Of a stretch of 64,000 nucleotides of DNA, positions 53,523 to 63,181 are shown one piece after another; position 1 is the first letter of the stretch, and each line of letters opens with the position of its first letter. The notes below the pieces were generated by a model, which did no database searches, had not been told where the DNA came from, and saw nothing but the letters and a program-made list of their open reading frames with translations. The translations under genes were made by a program, and so were the position numbers. Origin of the DNA: a virus (Duplodnaviria; Caudoviricetes); the IMG/VR virus record IMGVR_UViG_3300042914_002678; one strand, 5' to 3'.

Positions 53523-54334
53523 TGAAAACATATGTGTCCCTAGGAATCGGGGATTTATTTTTTCTCGATTCCATTCTTACAAAAGATGAGAAAGAAAGCA
53601 TAACTGAAATCTATTGGGCATGTAGATTTGGATATGTGATGAAAGATTTGTTGGAGAATAACCCATCATATCCAAATCTTATCTCTCAATATGTTATTGA
53701 TGATGAAACTGGAAAGGCAGCAATGGCAACGCTTGATCCTATTGCTGTCCCTTTTTGGCATTTTAGACCTGACTTTGAACGTAACTTTAAAGTTGGGTTA
53801 AAACTATTTGGTATCGAGAGTGATTGGGATAATCAAAATCTTCAGATAGTTGATGCTGTAAGTATGTTTCTGGATGACACAAGACCATTCCAAGAATCGT
53901 CTTTTATCAAACACGCCGATAGAATTGATGACAACTACATCGTCTTTCATTACCCAACATCAACCAGACCAAGAAGTGACATCGCACACATTACTGATGA
54001 TGATGTTGAGTTTGTGAATCAGTTATCAAGAGAAACTGGTTATTGTGTCAAGATTATCTCCGATCATAAAGTAGATCTTGCAATTGAGAATCAAGAGCAG
54101 TTTATTAATGAACCCATTATTAAAGTAAAAGACTTGGTTGCCAATTGTAATTATTATGCTGGTTGCGATTCTTTCTGTAGTATTCTTGCGGCAAAAGCAC
54201 TTCCAAAAGAAAACTTGTTTATTAAAACATCACCAAACTTTACTGGATGGAATAATTGGTTATTTCGAGCATTCCTTCCACATTCTCCCGAAGAAGTAAA
54301 GCAATTTTATAAACCATACATTGGAAGACCATGA
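53522..54334 (+). CDS. Hypothetical protein, possible GT9-like
   Basis: LGIGDL N-terminus; YAGCDSFCS near the C-terminus. Confidence 0.55.
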   Translation: MKTYVSLGIGDLFFLDSILTKDEKESITEIYWACRFGYVMKDLLENNPSYPNLISQYVIDDETGKAAMATLDPIAVPFWHFRPDFERNFKVGLKLFGIESDWDNQNLQIVDAVSMFLDDTRPFQESSFIKHADRIDDNYIVFHYPTSTRPRSDIAHITDDDVEFVNQLSRETGYCVKIISDHKVDLAIENQEQFINEPIIKVKDLVANCNYYAGCDSFCSILAAKALPKENLFIKTSPNFTGWNNWLFRAFLPHSPEEVKQFYKPYIGRP

Positions 54335-55062
54335 GTAGTATACTAGTTATTGGTGAGACTTGTAGAGATGTATTTGTCTATTGTGATTCCAATAGACTTT
54401 GCCCAGAAGCACCTGTTCCCGTTCTGAATATTGTAGACCAGAGGGAAAACCCTGGGATGGCTGGTAATGTTCGTAGAAATATTGAGAGTCTTTCTGGAAA
54501 GGTAATTAACATAACAACCAATTCTAATTGGTATGAGATTGTAAAAACAAGATATGTGCATCGAGAGAGTAATCATATGTTCTTTCGAGTAGATACAACA
54601 CAACCAACTCCTAGATTAAATGTTAAAGATCTTGATTTGGATTATGATTTAGTCGTTATTTCAGATTATAATAAAGGGTTTCTTCTTGAAGATGACATTT
54701 CATATATTTGTTCTAATCATAGTAATGTGTTTATAGATACAAAGAAAATTCTTGGTGATTGGGTGAAGGAAGCGAGGTTTATTAAAATCAATGATTATGA
54801 GTATCGTAATTCTGAAAAGTATTTGACAAGTGAGATAAAGGAAAAGATCATCCATACTATGGGGGGTCTTGGATGTGAGTATAAAGGAAAAAGATACCCA
54901 ACTAAAAAAGTAGAAGTTAAAGATCTATCTGGTGCTGGTGATACTTTCATGGCAGCACTAGTAGTAAAATTTATAGAAACAGACAATATTGATAAGAGTA
55001 TTGTATATGCAAATGAATGTGCATCTAAAGTAGTAACTCAAAAAGGAGTAGCAGTCCTATGA
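54331..55062 (+). CDS. hldE: Heptose-7-phosphate kinase (HldE/RfaE domain I, PfkB family)
   Basis: RLCPEAPVPV, GMAGNV, VISDYNKG, DLSGAGDT. Confidence 0.88.
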   Translation: MSSILVIGETCRDVFVYCDSNRLCPEAPVPVLNIVDQRENPGMAGNVRRNIESLSGKVINITTNSNWYEIVKTRYVHRESNHMFFRVDTTQPTPRLNVKDLDLDYDLVVISDYNKGFLLEDDISYICSNHSNVFIDTKKILGDWVKEARFIKINDYEYRNSEKYLTSEIKEKIIHTMGGLGCEYKGKRYPTKKVEVKDLSGAGDTFMAALVVKFIETDNIDKSIVYANECASKVVTQKGVAVL

Positions 55063-55841
55063 TTATTCTGACTGGTTACAATGGATTTATTGGAAATGCT
55101 TTTTTGGATAAACTTGATAAAGAGAACCTTTATCGGGTTGGTATTGGTGGAGCATTTAATTTTTTAAATGAATACAATGACTGGGATAAAGTGCAACTAA
55201 TACTTCATCAGGGTGCTATCTCAAGCACAGTTGAAACTGACATAAACAAGATACACAAATATAATGTTGATTTCACGCTTAGATTATTTGAGAAAGCCAT
55301 TGAATATAAAATTCCAGTTAAGTATGCATCCTCAGCATCTGTTTATGGAAATCTTCAAGGCATCTTCAATCCATTGAACTACTATGCTATTTCAAAACTA
55401 CAAATAGATTATTGGGTTCAGGATCATATTAATGACTTCTCTTTGATACAAGGTTTTAGATATTTTAATGTCTATGGTAATGGTGAAGACAGTAAGGGAG
55501 ACCAAGCAAGTCCAGTAAGTAAATTTGCAAAGCAAATAAAAGAGACTGGAAAACTTAATTTGTTTGAAGGATCGGATAAGTTTTTGAGAGATTTTATTTG
55601 TGTTAATGACGTTGTTGATGTTGTCCTTAACAATGAGAAAGGATCTGGAATCTATGATCTAGGAACTAGCAATCCTGTGAGTTTCCAACATGTTGCAGAA
55701 TGTGTTGCAAAGAAGTATAATGGTGATATTAACTATATTCCTTTCCCTGACCATTTGGTTGGTAAGTATCAAGACTACACTAAAGCAAAATGTGAATGGG
55801 GGGATTATAAGTTTATGCCCGTAGAGGACTACCTTAAATGA
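55059..55841 (+). CDS. hldD: ADP-glyceromanno-heptose 6-epimerase
   Basis: TGYNGFIG, HQGAISST, YASSASVYG, YAISK, FRYFNVYG, RDFI.V.D. Confidence 0.82.
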   Translation: MIILTGYNGFIGNAFLDKLDKENLYRVGIGGAFNFLNEYNDWDKVQLILHQGAISSTVETDINKIHKYNVDFTLRLFEKAIEYKIPVKYASSASVYGNLQGIFNPLNYYAISKLQIDYWVQDHINDFSLIQGFRYFNVYGNGEDSKGDQASPVSKFAKQIKETGKLNLFEGSDKFLRDFICVNDVVDVVLNNEKGSGIYDLGTSNPVSFQHVAECVAKKYNGDINYIPFPDHLVGKYQDYTKAKCEWGDYKFMPVEDYLK

Positions 55842-56242
55842 TTACAGTATGGACAAATGGATGCTTTGATATATTGCATCCAGGACATATGGAATTATTC
55901 AAGATTGCCAAATCTCTTGGTAATCGTTTGATTGTTGGTATCGATGAGGACCAAAAAGTCCGTAATGATAAAGGACCCAATCGTCCAGTAAATTCATTGT
56001 CTTTTCGTAAGGCAATGTTGGAATCAAATAAACATATTGATATTGTAATTCCATTTGGTAGTCGTCAAGAACTTGAGAATCTAATTCAACTTTATTCTCC
56101 AGACATTCTCCTTGTAGGTGGTGACTGGAGAAATGGTGATGTTGTTGGTAGACAATTTGCTAAGGAAGTAAGATTCTTAGATAGAGTTGGTGGATATTCT
56201 ACTACTGATATTATAAGGAGAATTCATGAAATACGTTGTTGA
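55838..56242 (+). CDS. hldE: Heptose-1-phosphate adenylyltransferase (HldE/RfaE domain II)
   Basis: TNGCFDILHPGH, KG..RP, GYSTT. Confidence 0.88.
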   Translation: MITVWTNGCFDILHPGHMELFKIAKSLGNRLIVGIDEDQKVRNDKGPNRPVNSLSFRKAMLESNKHIDIVIPFGSRQELENLIQLYSPDILLVGGDWRNGDVVGRQFAKEVRFLDRVGGYSTTDIIRRIHEIRC

Positions 56243-56558
56243 CATTGATGGGACAATTTGCGATAAACCAAGTAATATGCATCACGATGGCGATTACTCT
56301 ATTAGTGTTCCAATCCCAGGTAGAATTGAAAAAATAAATAAACTATACGAAGAGGGACATACTATCGTATATCTCACTGCTAGAGGTATGGGAAGGCACG
56401 GTGATTCTAGGATGTTAGCACATAAAGAATTTTATAATCTAACTTATAATCAACTCATAAATTGGGGTTGCAAGTTTCACGAACTTCACATGGGTAAACC
56501 CTCTGGCGACTTTTACATTGACGATAAGGGTATCAATTCTAATGAGTTCTTCAATTAA
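56226..56558 (+). CDS. Small HAD-family phosphatase
   Basis: DIDGT, TARG, GKP...YIDD. Confidence 0.8.
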   Translation: MKYVVDIDGTICDKPSNMHHDGDYSISVPIPGRIEKINKLYEEGHTIVYLTARGMGRHGDSRMLAHKEFYNLTYNQLINWGCKFHELHMGKPSGDFYIDDKGINSNEFFN

Positions 56559-56895
56559 ATTTGTCCCTAAGGGATGGGGATTTGAAAAATGGATTGTAAA
56601 CAATGAGCAATACTGTGGTAAACTTTTATACTTCGCACAGGGAAGAAAATGCTCTTGGCATTATCATAAATTAAAAGATGAAACTTTTTACATTCAATCT
56701 GGATGCATAAAGTTGTTATATTCTGATAATGATAATAGAGAACTTGCTAATATTATTTTCTTAAAGAAGGGAGATAATTTTCACATTTATCCTGGTCTTC
56801 GTCATCAGATGATTGCTCTAGAGGATACAGAATTATTTGAATTTTCTACTCAGCACTTTGATGAGGATAGTTACAGAATTATTAAAGGAGATTGA
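56542..56895 (+). CDS. Cupin (sugar-phosphate isomerase-like)
   Basis: KGWG.E.W, SWHYHKLKDETF, H.YPG.RHQM. Confidence 0.78.
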   Translation: MSSSIKFVPKGWGFEKWIVNNEQYCGKLLYFAQGRKCSWHYHKLKDETFYIQSGCIKLLYSDNDNRELANIIFLKKGDNFHIYPGLRHQMIALEDTELFEFSTQHFDEDSYRIIKGD

Positions 56896-57752
56896 TTATG
56901 ATTGGTATGAATAAGTTGGGACAAAAGGGTAGACTGGGAAATCAATTATTTCAGTATGCTGCTTTAGTTGGGATTGCTAAGAATATGGGATATGACTTCT
57001 GTATTCCCGATCATTCAAAGGCAACTTGGTTTGATCAACAAGTTGATGGAAATACTGTAACTGTATATCATCAACTTCAGCATCTTTTTGAGATGAACTA
57101 TCTGGATGGTAGATTTGGTGAAGTTGATGGATATGATATTGATGTACACCAAGCGGAATTTTGTGAAGAACTCTTTAATGAATGTCCAGATAATTCAAGT
57201 CTTCTTGGGCATTTTGAGTCATACCACTATTTTAAAAATGCTGAAGAAGAACTCCGTAAAGACTTTGTAGTGCGTGAGCACCTAGTTGAAGCAGCATCAA
57301 AGTTTCATAAAGATAAAGGAACCCAGAATCCTGTATGTGTAAGTGTTCGACGGGGTGACTACATTAAGTTTCAAGATCATCACCCTCCTTGTGTAGAATC
57401 ATACTATAGAGAGTGTATGGAAAAACTTGGAAAGGAACGTCAATATGTTATAACTTCTGATGATATTGAATGGTGTAAAACCGTCTTTATTGGAGATAAT
57501 TTTATATTCAATGACGATGCACCTGAAAATGTGTATAAACCTCATTTTGATTTTGCTGTTGGAACTCTATGTGACGATTTCATTATTGCGAATAGTACTT
57601 TCTCTTGGTGGATTGCTTGGGTTGGTGGAAAGAAGGATAAGCAAATTTTTATTCCTAAACCATGGTTTGGACCTGCTCTTTCTCACATTGATACTGAAGG
57701 ATATTATGTTCCTGGTATGAATATTGTTGAAAGAGAGATTATAAGACTATGA
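56892..57752 (+). CDS. GT11 (alpha-1,2-fucosyltransferase-like) glycosyltransferase
   Basis: GRLGNQLFQYA, VRRGDY, IIANSTFSWW. Confidence 0.88.
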   Translation: MIMIGMNKLGQKGRLGNQLFQYAALVGIAKNMGYDFCIPDHSKATWFDQQVDGNTVTVYHQLQHLFEMNYLDGRFGEVDGYDIDVHQAEFCEELFNECPDNSSLLGHFESYHYFKNAEEELRKDFVVREHLVEAASKFHKDKGTQNPVCVSVRRGDYIKFQDHHPPCVESYYRECMEKLGKERQYVITSDDIEWCKTVFIGDNFIFNDDAPENVYKPHFDFAVGTLCDDFIIANSTFSWWIAWVGGKKDKQIFIPKPWFGPALSHIDTEGYYVPGMNIVEREIIRL

Positions 57753-58555
57753 TGGATTTAACTTTCTTAATTCCAACTAGAATCGAAACCGAAGATAGGT
57801 TGAGAAATATTATTTCATCTGTTTCTTATCTTCTTGCATACGTTCCTGCAAAAGTGATTGTAAAGGAAGTTTCTGGTCGCAATACATTTAAGTTTAGAGC
57901 TCTACCTGAGATTAAAAAAAGGGTTAGTACAGAAAATCTAACTCATTTGTATGAGGAAAATAATGATCCTTTATTCTGCAAGAGTAAAGTTTTAAATGAT
58001 TTGATAGTTGCTTCGGATACAAAAGTTGTTGCAAACTATGATGCTGATTGTATCCTTCCACTGTCTTCATACCACCAGGCATATGGTGCAATTAACGATG
58101 GACATGCAGATGTAGTATATCCATATGGATGTGGAATCTATCAGTGGAGAGCAGAATACAATATGGATATCTTTGAAGACTTTATGAATAAGTTGGATAT
58201 ATCTGTTCTTGACAGAAATAAAACACTATCCAACTCTACAATTGGATGGACACAGTTTATCAATAGGCAGAAGTATATTGATTCCTATATGATGAATGAA
58301 AACTTTGTTTCCTGGGGATGCGAAGATGATGAGTTTTATTTTCGTATGAGTACTTTGGGAAATCGTATTGCAAGAATTGATAACTATGTCTATCACTTGG
58401 AACACGGTAGAACTCACAACTCTTGGTTTAGTAATCCAAACTTCAATAACAATTGGACTCTGTGGAATACAATTAAAACATTTGACAGAAACCAATTGGT
58501 AGAGTATTATGAAAATCAAGACTATCTAAAAACACGTAAAGCACAATTGAAATGA
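57749..58555 (+). CDS. GT-A glycosyltransferase (GT2/GT7-like)
   Basis: YDAD DxD motif, WGCEDDE, YHLEH. Confidence 0.82.
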   Translation: MMDLTFLIPTRIETEDRLRNIISSVSYLLAYVPAKVIVKEVSGRNTFKFRALPEIKKRVSTENLTHLYEENNDPLFCKSKVLNDLIVASDTKVVANYDADCILPLSSYHQAYGAINDGHADVVYPYGCGIYQWRAEYNMDIFEDFMNKLDISVLDRNKTLSNSTIGWTQFINRQKYIDSYMMNENFVSWGCEDDEFYFRMSTLGNRIARIDNYVYHLEHGRTHNSWFSNPNFNNNWTLWNTIKTFDRNQLVEYYENQDYLKTRKAQLK

Positions 58556-59370
58556 TAGGATTTAATGCACTTGGGCGAATGGGAAGGTTTGCCAATCAGA
58601 TGTTCCAATATGCAGCCTTAAAAGGTATTTCCAGAAAAATTGGAACAGATACTTGTATCCCTAATCATACTCAAGTAGTTGATGATGGAATTGGAAATAA
58701 ATTAAGGACTGAATTGTTTGATTCTTTTAATCTGAATACAAAAGTTGGTCTCCTTAACAATGGACACGCTCCTGTTGTTAATGAGAGATTTTTTCATTTT
58801 GATGAAGAACTTTTTAATCTCTGTCCAGACCACGTAAGTCTTCAAGGATATTTTCAAACAGAAAAATATTTCAAGCATATTGAAGATGAAATCAGAGAAG
58901 AGTTTACCTTTAAAGGTGAAATTCTTTCTCCTTGTAAAGAAATGATTTCTTCTGTAGATAATCCGATTGCTTTACATGTTCGTCGAACAGATTATGTAAC
59001 TAATAGTGCAAATCATCCTCCTTGTTCTTTGGAGTATTATGAGGCAGCATTGGAGCATTTTGATAAAGATAGAAACGTTATTGTGTTCTCTGACGATCCT
59101 GCCTGGTGTAACCAACAAGAATTGTTTTCTGATGATCGATTTATGATTTCCGAAAATACAGACAACAGAGTTGACTTATGTTTGATGTCTCTTTGCGATG
59201 ATTTTATTATTGCAAACTCATCATTCTCTTGGTGGGGAGCTTGGTTATCAACAAATGAAGATAAAAAAGTCATTGCACCTTCACAGTGGTTTGGAAAGGA
59301 AGGATACACAAAAGATCATGACACTAAAGATTTAATCCCAGATAGTTGGACTAGAATTACCAATGGATAA
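58552..59370 (+). CDS. GT11 (alpha-1,2-fucosyltransferase-like) glycosyltransferase, second copy
   Basis: GRFANQMFQYA, LHVRRTDY, IIANSSFSWWGAWL. Confidence 0.9.
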   Translation: MIGFNALGRMGRFANQMFQYAALKGISRKIGTDTCIPNHTQVVDDGIGNKLRTELFDSFNLNTKVGLLNNGHAPVVNERFFHFDEELFNLCPDHVSLQGYFQTEKYFKHIEDEIREEFTFKGEILSPCKEMISSVDNPIALHVRRTDYVTNSANHPPCSLEYYEAALEHFDKDRNVIVFSDDPAWCNQQELFSDDRFMISENTDNRVDLCLMSLCDDFIIANSSFSWWGAWLSTNEDKKVIAPSQWFGKEGYTKDHDTKDLIPDSWTRITNG

Positions 59371-60166
59371 AAATAAATCTGCACATAAATTAAAAGGTCT
59401 TCCGAAGATTTACTGGTTAAATTTAGACGCCGATACAGAAAGACGTGAGTATATGGAGCAGCAGTTCCAATACTGGGAGATTGAAAACCATACTCGCATC
59501 TCTGGATATGATGGTAGAGTTGATGATGTTGCTTGTCATCTTAAAGGAAGGATTCCTGACAATGTAAGTCAAAATGAACTTGGTTGTTGTATGTCTCATC
59601 TTAAGGCAATTAAAACCTTTTATGAGGAGACTGATGATGAATATTGTTTGATTCTTGAGGATGATGTAAATTTTGATATTGTAAAATATTGGAACTTTAC
59701 TTGGACAGAGTTTTTCTCTCTTGCTCCTTATGATTGGGATTGTTTGCAACTAACAACTATCTGTACTGGTGATATTCATGTTAGATTGCATTTGAAGTTT
59801 ATTAATGATTTTTCTGCAGCAATTTATTTGATTACTCGTCATCATGCTGCAAAACTAATGAGAAATCATGTTCGTGGAGATAAATTTAAATTAGATAATG
59901 GTGTAAAACCAAGGGCTGTTTCTGAAGATACAATTTTAGAAACGGGTAAGACATATACAATTCCTTTATTTTTGTATAACTTGAATATGGGGTCTACTAT
60001 TCATACTGACCACCTTAGTATCTTCCATAAAGGACCACACGATGCTTTGCTAAATTATTGGCAACAACAAGGTGCTACGATCGATATTAGGGAACATATG
60101 AATTATGATCCTTATTTGGGTAGAATCGTTGAGAGTTCTGCACCCCCACCACAACAAAATGCTTGA
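59363..60166 (+). CDS. GT25 glycosyltransferase
   Basis: YWLNLD...RR, ELGCCMSH, LILEDD. Confidence 0.85.
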   Translation: MDKNKSAHKLKGLPKIYWLNLDADTERREYMEQQFQYWEIENHTRISGYDGRVDDVACHLKGRIPDNVSQNELGCCMSHLKAIKTFYEETDDEYCLILEDDVNFDIVKYWNFTWTEFFSLAPYDWDCLQLTTICTGDIHVRLHLKFINDFSAAIYLITRHHAAKLMRNHVRGDKFKLDNGVKPRAVSEDTILETGKTYTIPLFLYNLNMGSTIHTDHLSIFHKGPHDALLNYWQQQGATIDIREHMNYDPYLGRIVESSAPPPQQNA

Positions 60167-60192
60167 CATGATCCCAAAGAGAGTGTTAAAAT
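60163..60192 (+). promoter_or_regulatory. sigma70 promoter TTGACA-18-TAAAAT (extended -10) for the porin
   Basis: TGtTAAAAT extended -10. Confidence 0.65.
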
Positions 60193-60250
60193 AGTCAGAC
60201 CTTGAGGAAACTTAAGGTTTTTTTCATATTCTATAGAAGAAATAAATTTT

Positions 60251-61744
60251 ATGAAACTCAAACAACTGATGCTTGCACCTGTTGCTCTGGGAATGGTTGC
60301 CCCTGTTGCTGCGAATGCCGCAGACCTTAATATGGCAGCAGTCAATCAATATTCCTCTGAGCAGGTTACTAGCGTCAACCAACTTTCTGATGTGCAACCA
60401 ACCGATTGGGCATATCAGGCACTTAGCAACCTCGTAGAGCGTTATGGTTGCGTTGCTGGTTATGCCAACGGCACTTATGGTGGCAGTAAGGCAATGACCC
60501 GCTATGAGGCAGCAGCACTTCTGAATGCTTGCCTGGATCGTGTAACTGAAAATACTGATGAACTCAAGCGTCTTGCTGATGAGTTCCGTAATGAACTGAC
60601 TGTTATTCAAGGTTCTGTTGCTAAACTGGAAACTCAGGTTGGACAACTTGAAGCAACCCAATTCTCAACCACTACTAAACTGAAAGGTGAAGCATCTTTC
60701 GTTCTTGGTGGTGTTGATAATGCTTGGACCCCTGGTTCTACTGCAAGCACCAATGTTGGTAATACTGCTTTTAATTACGATCTTCGTATCAATCTTGATA
60801 CTTCTTTCACTGGTAAAGACCTGCTCCGCACTCGTCTGCGTTCTGGCAACTTCTCTTCACAACCCTTTGGTTCTTCTTCTTCCCTGTTCAAACTGGACAA
60901 GGCAGAGAGTACTGCTGATGCTGTGAAACTTGACCGTCTGTACTACAGCTTCCCTGGACTTGCTAAGGGTGTGACTCTGACTGCTGGTGCTCTGGTTCGT
61001 AACACTGAGATGACTTGGATTCCTTCTGCTTATAAGTCGGATGTTCTGGACTTCTTCCAACTTGCTGGTGCCCCTGGTGTCTATAACAAGGCAACTGGTT
61101 CTGGTTTCGGTGCTCAGTGGGTCCAAGGTAAAAAGGGTTTTGTTGCTGGTCTGAACTATGTTGCTCAAGGTGGATCTGATTCCACTAAAGGTGAGTTTAA
61201 CGAAAAGGGTTCTCTGAACACTCTTGCTCAGATTGGTTATCGTGCTCCTAATTATGGCGCTGCATTCGGTTATCGTTATGGTACTGAAGGCACCCGTGTT
61301 CGCACTTTCAACGGTATTCTTGGTTCTTCTGGTGCTCTTGCTCCTGGTCAAACCTCTAATGGTTATGCTCTGAGTGCTTACTGGCAACCTTCCAAGTCTG
61401 GCATCATTCCTTCTGTGAGTGGTGGTTACGGTTGGAACACTGTAAGCTTGAATGCTGAAGGTCAAGCAACTCCTAATGGTGCTACCGATTCGCAAACTTG
61501 GTATGCTGGTCTCCAGTGGTCTGATGTGTTTGCTAAGGGCAACTCTGCTGGCTTCGCTATCGGTCAACCTGGTAATGCAGAAGGTCTTGAGAAAGACGCA
61601 ACGATGTGGGAAGTATTCTATAAGTATCGTGTAAGCGATAATATTACAGTTACTCCTGCAGTGTTCTATGTGTCAAACAATCAGGCACTTGCAGATACCT
61701 CCTCTAACTATGGTGGGGTAGTTCAAACTACTTTCCGTTTCTGA
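60251..61744 (+). CDS. Cyanobacterial outer-membrane porin (SLH + OprB-type, SomA/iron-uptake porin family)
   Basis: Signal peptide, SLH DVQPTDWAYQAL..LVERYGC...TRYEAAALL, QFSTTTKLKGE, terminal TTFRF. Confidence 0.93.
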   Translation: MKLKQLMLAPVALGMVAPVAANAADLNMAAVNQYSSEQVTSVNQLSDVQPTDWAYQALSNLVERYGCVAGYANGTYGGSKAMTRYEAAALLNACLDRVTENTDELKRLADEFRNELTVIQGSVAKLETQVGQLEATQFSTTTKLKGEASFVLGGVDNAWTPGSTASTNVGNTAFNYDLRINLDTSFTGKDLLRTRLRSGNFSSQPFGSSSSLFKLDKAESTADAVKLDRLYYSFPGLAKGVTLTAGALVRNTEMTWIPSAYKSDVLDFFQLAGAPGVYNKATGSGFGAQWVQGKKGFVAGLNYVAQGGSDSTKGEFNEKGSLNTLAQIGYRAPNYGAAFGYRYGTEGTRVRTFNGILGSSGALAPGQTSNGYALSAYWQPSKSGIIPSVSGGYGWNTVSLNAEGQATPNGATDSQTWYAGLQWSDVFAKGNSAGFAIGQPGNAEGLEKDATMWEVFYKYRVSDNITVTPAVFYVSNNQALADTSSNYGGVVQTTFRF

Positions 61745-61767
61745 TAAACTACTCATAATATGAGTGG

Positions 61768-61794
61768 AAGCACCCCTTTCTGGGGTGCTTTTTT
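61768..61794 (+). terminator. Intrinsic terminator after the porin
   Basis: AAGCACCCC/GGGGTGCTT followed by a T run. Confidence 0.85.
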
Positions 61795-61796
61795 AT

Positions 61797-61837
61797 GAAA
61801 ACCAAACCTTAACCAAATCTTAGTGGACTTTAAAGTT
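61797..61837 (+). promoter_or_regulatory. Pho-box-like direct repeats upstream of pstS
   Basis: 11-nt period: GAAAACCA-aac-CTTAACCA-aat-CTTAGTGG; central unit matches cyanobacterial PyTTAAPyPy(T/A). Confidence 0.55.
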
Positions 61838-61887
61838 TCCTTCCAGTATTATTACTTACGAAGTCAATTCACTTCTAAAACTCTTTT

Positions 61888-62850
61888 ATGAAACTCAAAA
61901 ACTTTATTGCTATTGGTCTAGTTGCTGCTCCTGCTGCTGCTCTTGCTGGACCTGCTCTGAATGGTGCTGGTGCTACCTTCCCTGCACCGATTTATCAACG
62001 ATGGTTCCAAGATTATGCACGAACTTCTGGGAATAGGGTTAATTATCAGTCCGTTGGTTCTGGCGCTGGTGTTCGTCAATTTATTGCGGGCACAGTTGAC
62101 TTCGGAGCAAGTGACGAACCAATCAAACCAGCAGAAGCAGCAAAGGTGAAGCGTGGTGTCGTTCAAATCCCTATGGTTGGTGGGACGATTGCTGTTGCTT
62201 ATAACAAGCCTGGATGCAAACTGAAACTAACCCAGAAGCAAACTGTTGATATTTTTTCTGGTCGCATTAAGAACTGGAACCAAGTTGGATGTACTGCTGG
62301 TCCTATGACTGTGGTTCATCGTTCTGATGGTTCTGGAACCACTTATGCATTCACTAACTCTCTGGATGCTTTTGGTGGTTGGAAACCTGGTGTTGGTAAA
62401 TCTGTAAATTGGCCTGTTGGTGTTGGTGCCAAGGGTAACGAGGGTGTCTCTGGAACTATCAAAAACACTCCTGGTGGCATTGGTTATGTGAATACAGGAT
62501 TTGTCCGTGCCAACAAACTTCAAGCAGCAGTTCTTCAAAACAAAGCAGGTAAGTTCGTTGGACCTTCTGCTGTGACTGGCTCTGCTGCTCTGAATGGTAT
62601 TACTCTAGATGCAAACCTTGCTGGTGAGAACCCCAATCCTGCTGGTGTAAATGCATACCCCATTTCTACCCTGACTTGGATCCTTGCATATAAGAAAGGT
62701 AATGGTGCAAAAACGAATGATATCCGTGCCGCTATCAATTATGCTTTAAGCACTAAGGCACAATCTATTGCTGATGACCTTGGATATGTTCCTCTTTCGG
62801 GAAGTGTTCTCAATAAAGCACGTCTTGCTGTTGGTCGTATCGGTCAATAA
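61888..62850 (+). CDS. pstS: Phosphate-binding protein PstS
   Basis: GAGATFP, YQSVGSGAG, DFGASD, HRSDGSGTT. Confidence 0.96.
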   Translation: MKLKNFIAIGLVAAPAAALAGPALNGAGATFPAPIYQRWFQDYARTSGNRVNYQSVGSGAGVRQFIAGTVDFGASDEPIKPAEAAKVKRGVVQIPMVGGTIAVAYNKPGCKLKLTQKQTVDIFSGRIKNWNQVGCTAGPMTVVHRSDGSGTTYAFTNSLDAFGGWKPGVGKSVNWPVGVGAKGNEGVSGTIKNTPGGIGYVNTGFVRANKLQAAVLQNKAGKFVGPSAVTGSAALNGITLDANLAGENPNPAGVNAYPISTLTWILAYKKGNGAKTNDIRAAINYALSTKAQSIADDLGYVPLSGSVLNKARLAVGRIGQ

Positions 62851-62887
62851 TGTAAGCATTTATACTTACTAAAGTCAGAATTCTCTA

Positions 62888-62916
62888 ACAAGGGTGGGTT
62901 TCCCCCTTGTTTTTTC
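62888..62916 (+). terminator. Terminator after pstS
   Basis: ACAAGGG-GG/CC-CCCTTGT followed by a T run. Confidence 0.7.
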
Positions 62917-62962
62917 TTTAGATTTCCTATATAATTGTGTAACAGTTCTTTACAAAACCATT

Positions 62963-63172
62963 ATGACTGTAACAACTAATGATCGTGGGCAACAAAACAT
63001 GTGGGCAATTGAGCCACCTGTTTACATTTCTGATGAAGATGCAAAGAAGTATGGGATGAAAAGTTATGCTGAACGAGCCGAATCTGCTAATGGTCGCTGG
63101 GCTATGCTTGGGATCGTGGCTGGTTTTATCTCTTATGCCCTGACAGGGAATCTGTTTTTTGGTGTAATTTGA
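62963..63172 (+). CDS. hli: High-light-inducible protein (long form)
   Basis: AESANGRWAMLG chlorophyll-binding motif; start MTVTTN. Confidence 0.92.
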   Translation: MTVTTNDRGQQNMWAIEPPVYISDEDAKKYGMKSYAERAESANGRWAMLGIVAGFISYALTGNLFFGVI

Positions 63173-63181
63173 GACTTGACA

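Noticed and set aside
60857-61567. 236-aa minus-strand ORF
   Set aside because: Antisense shadow of the porin
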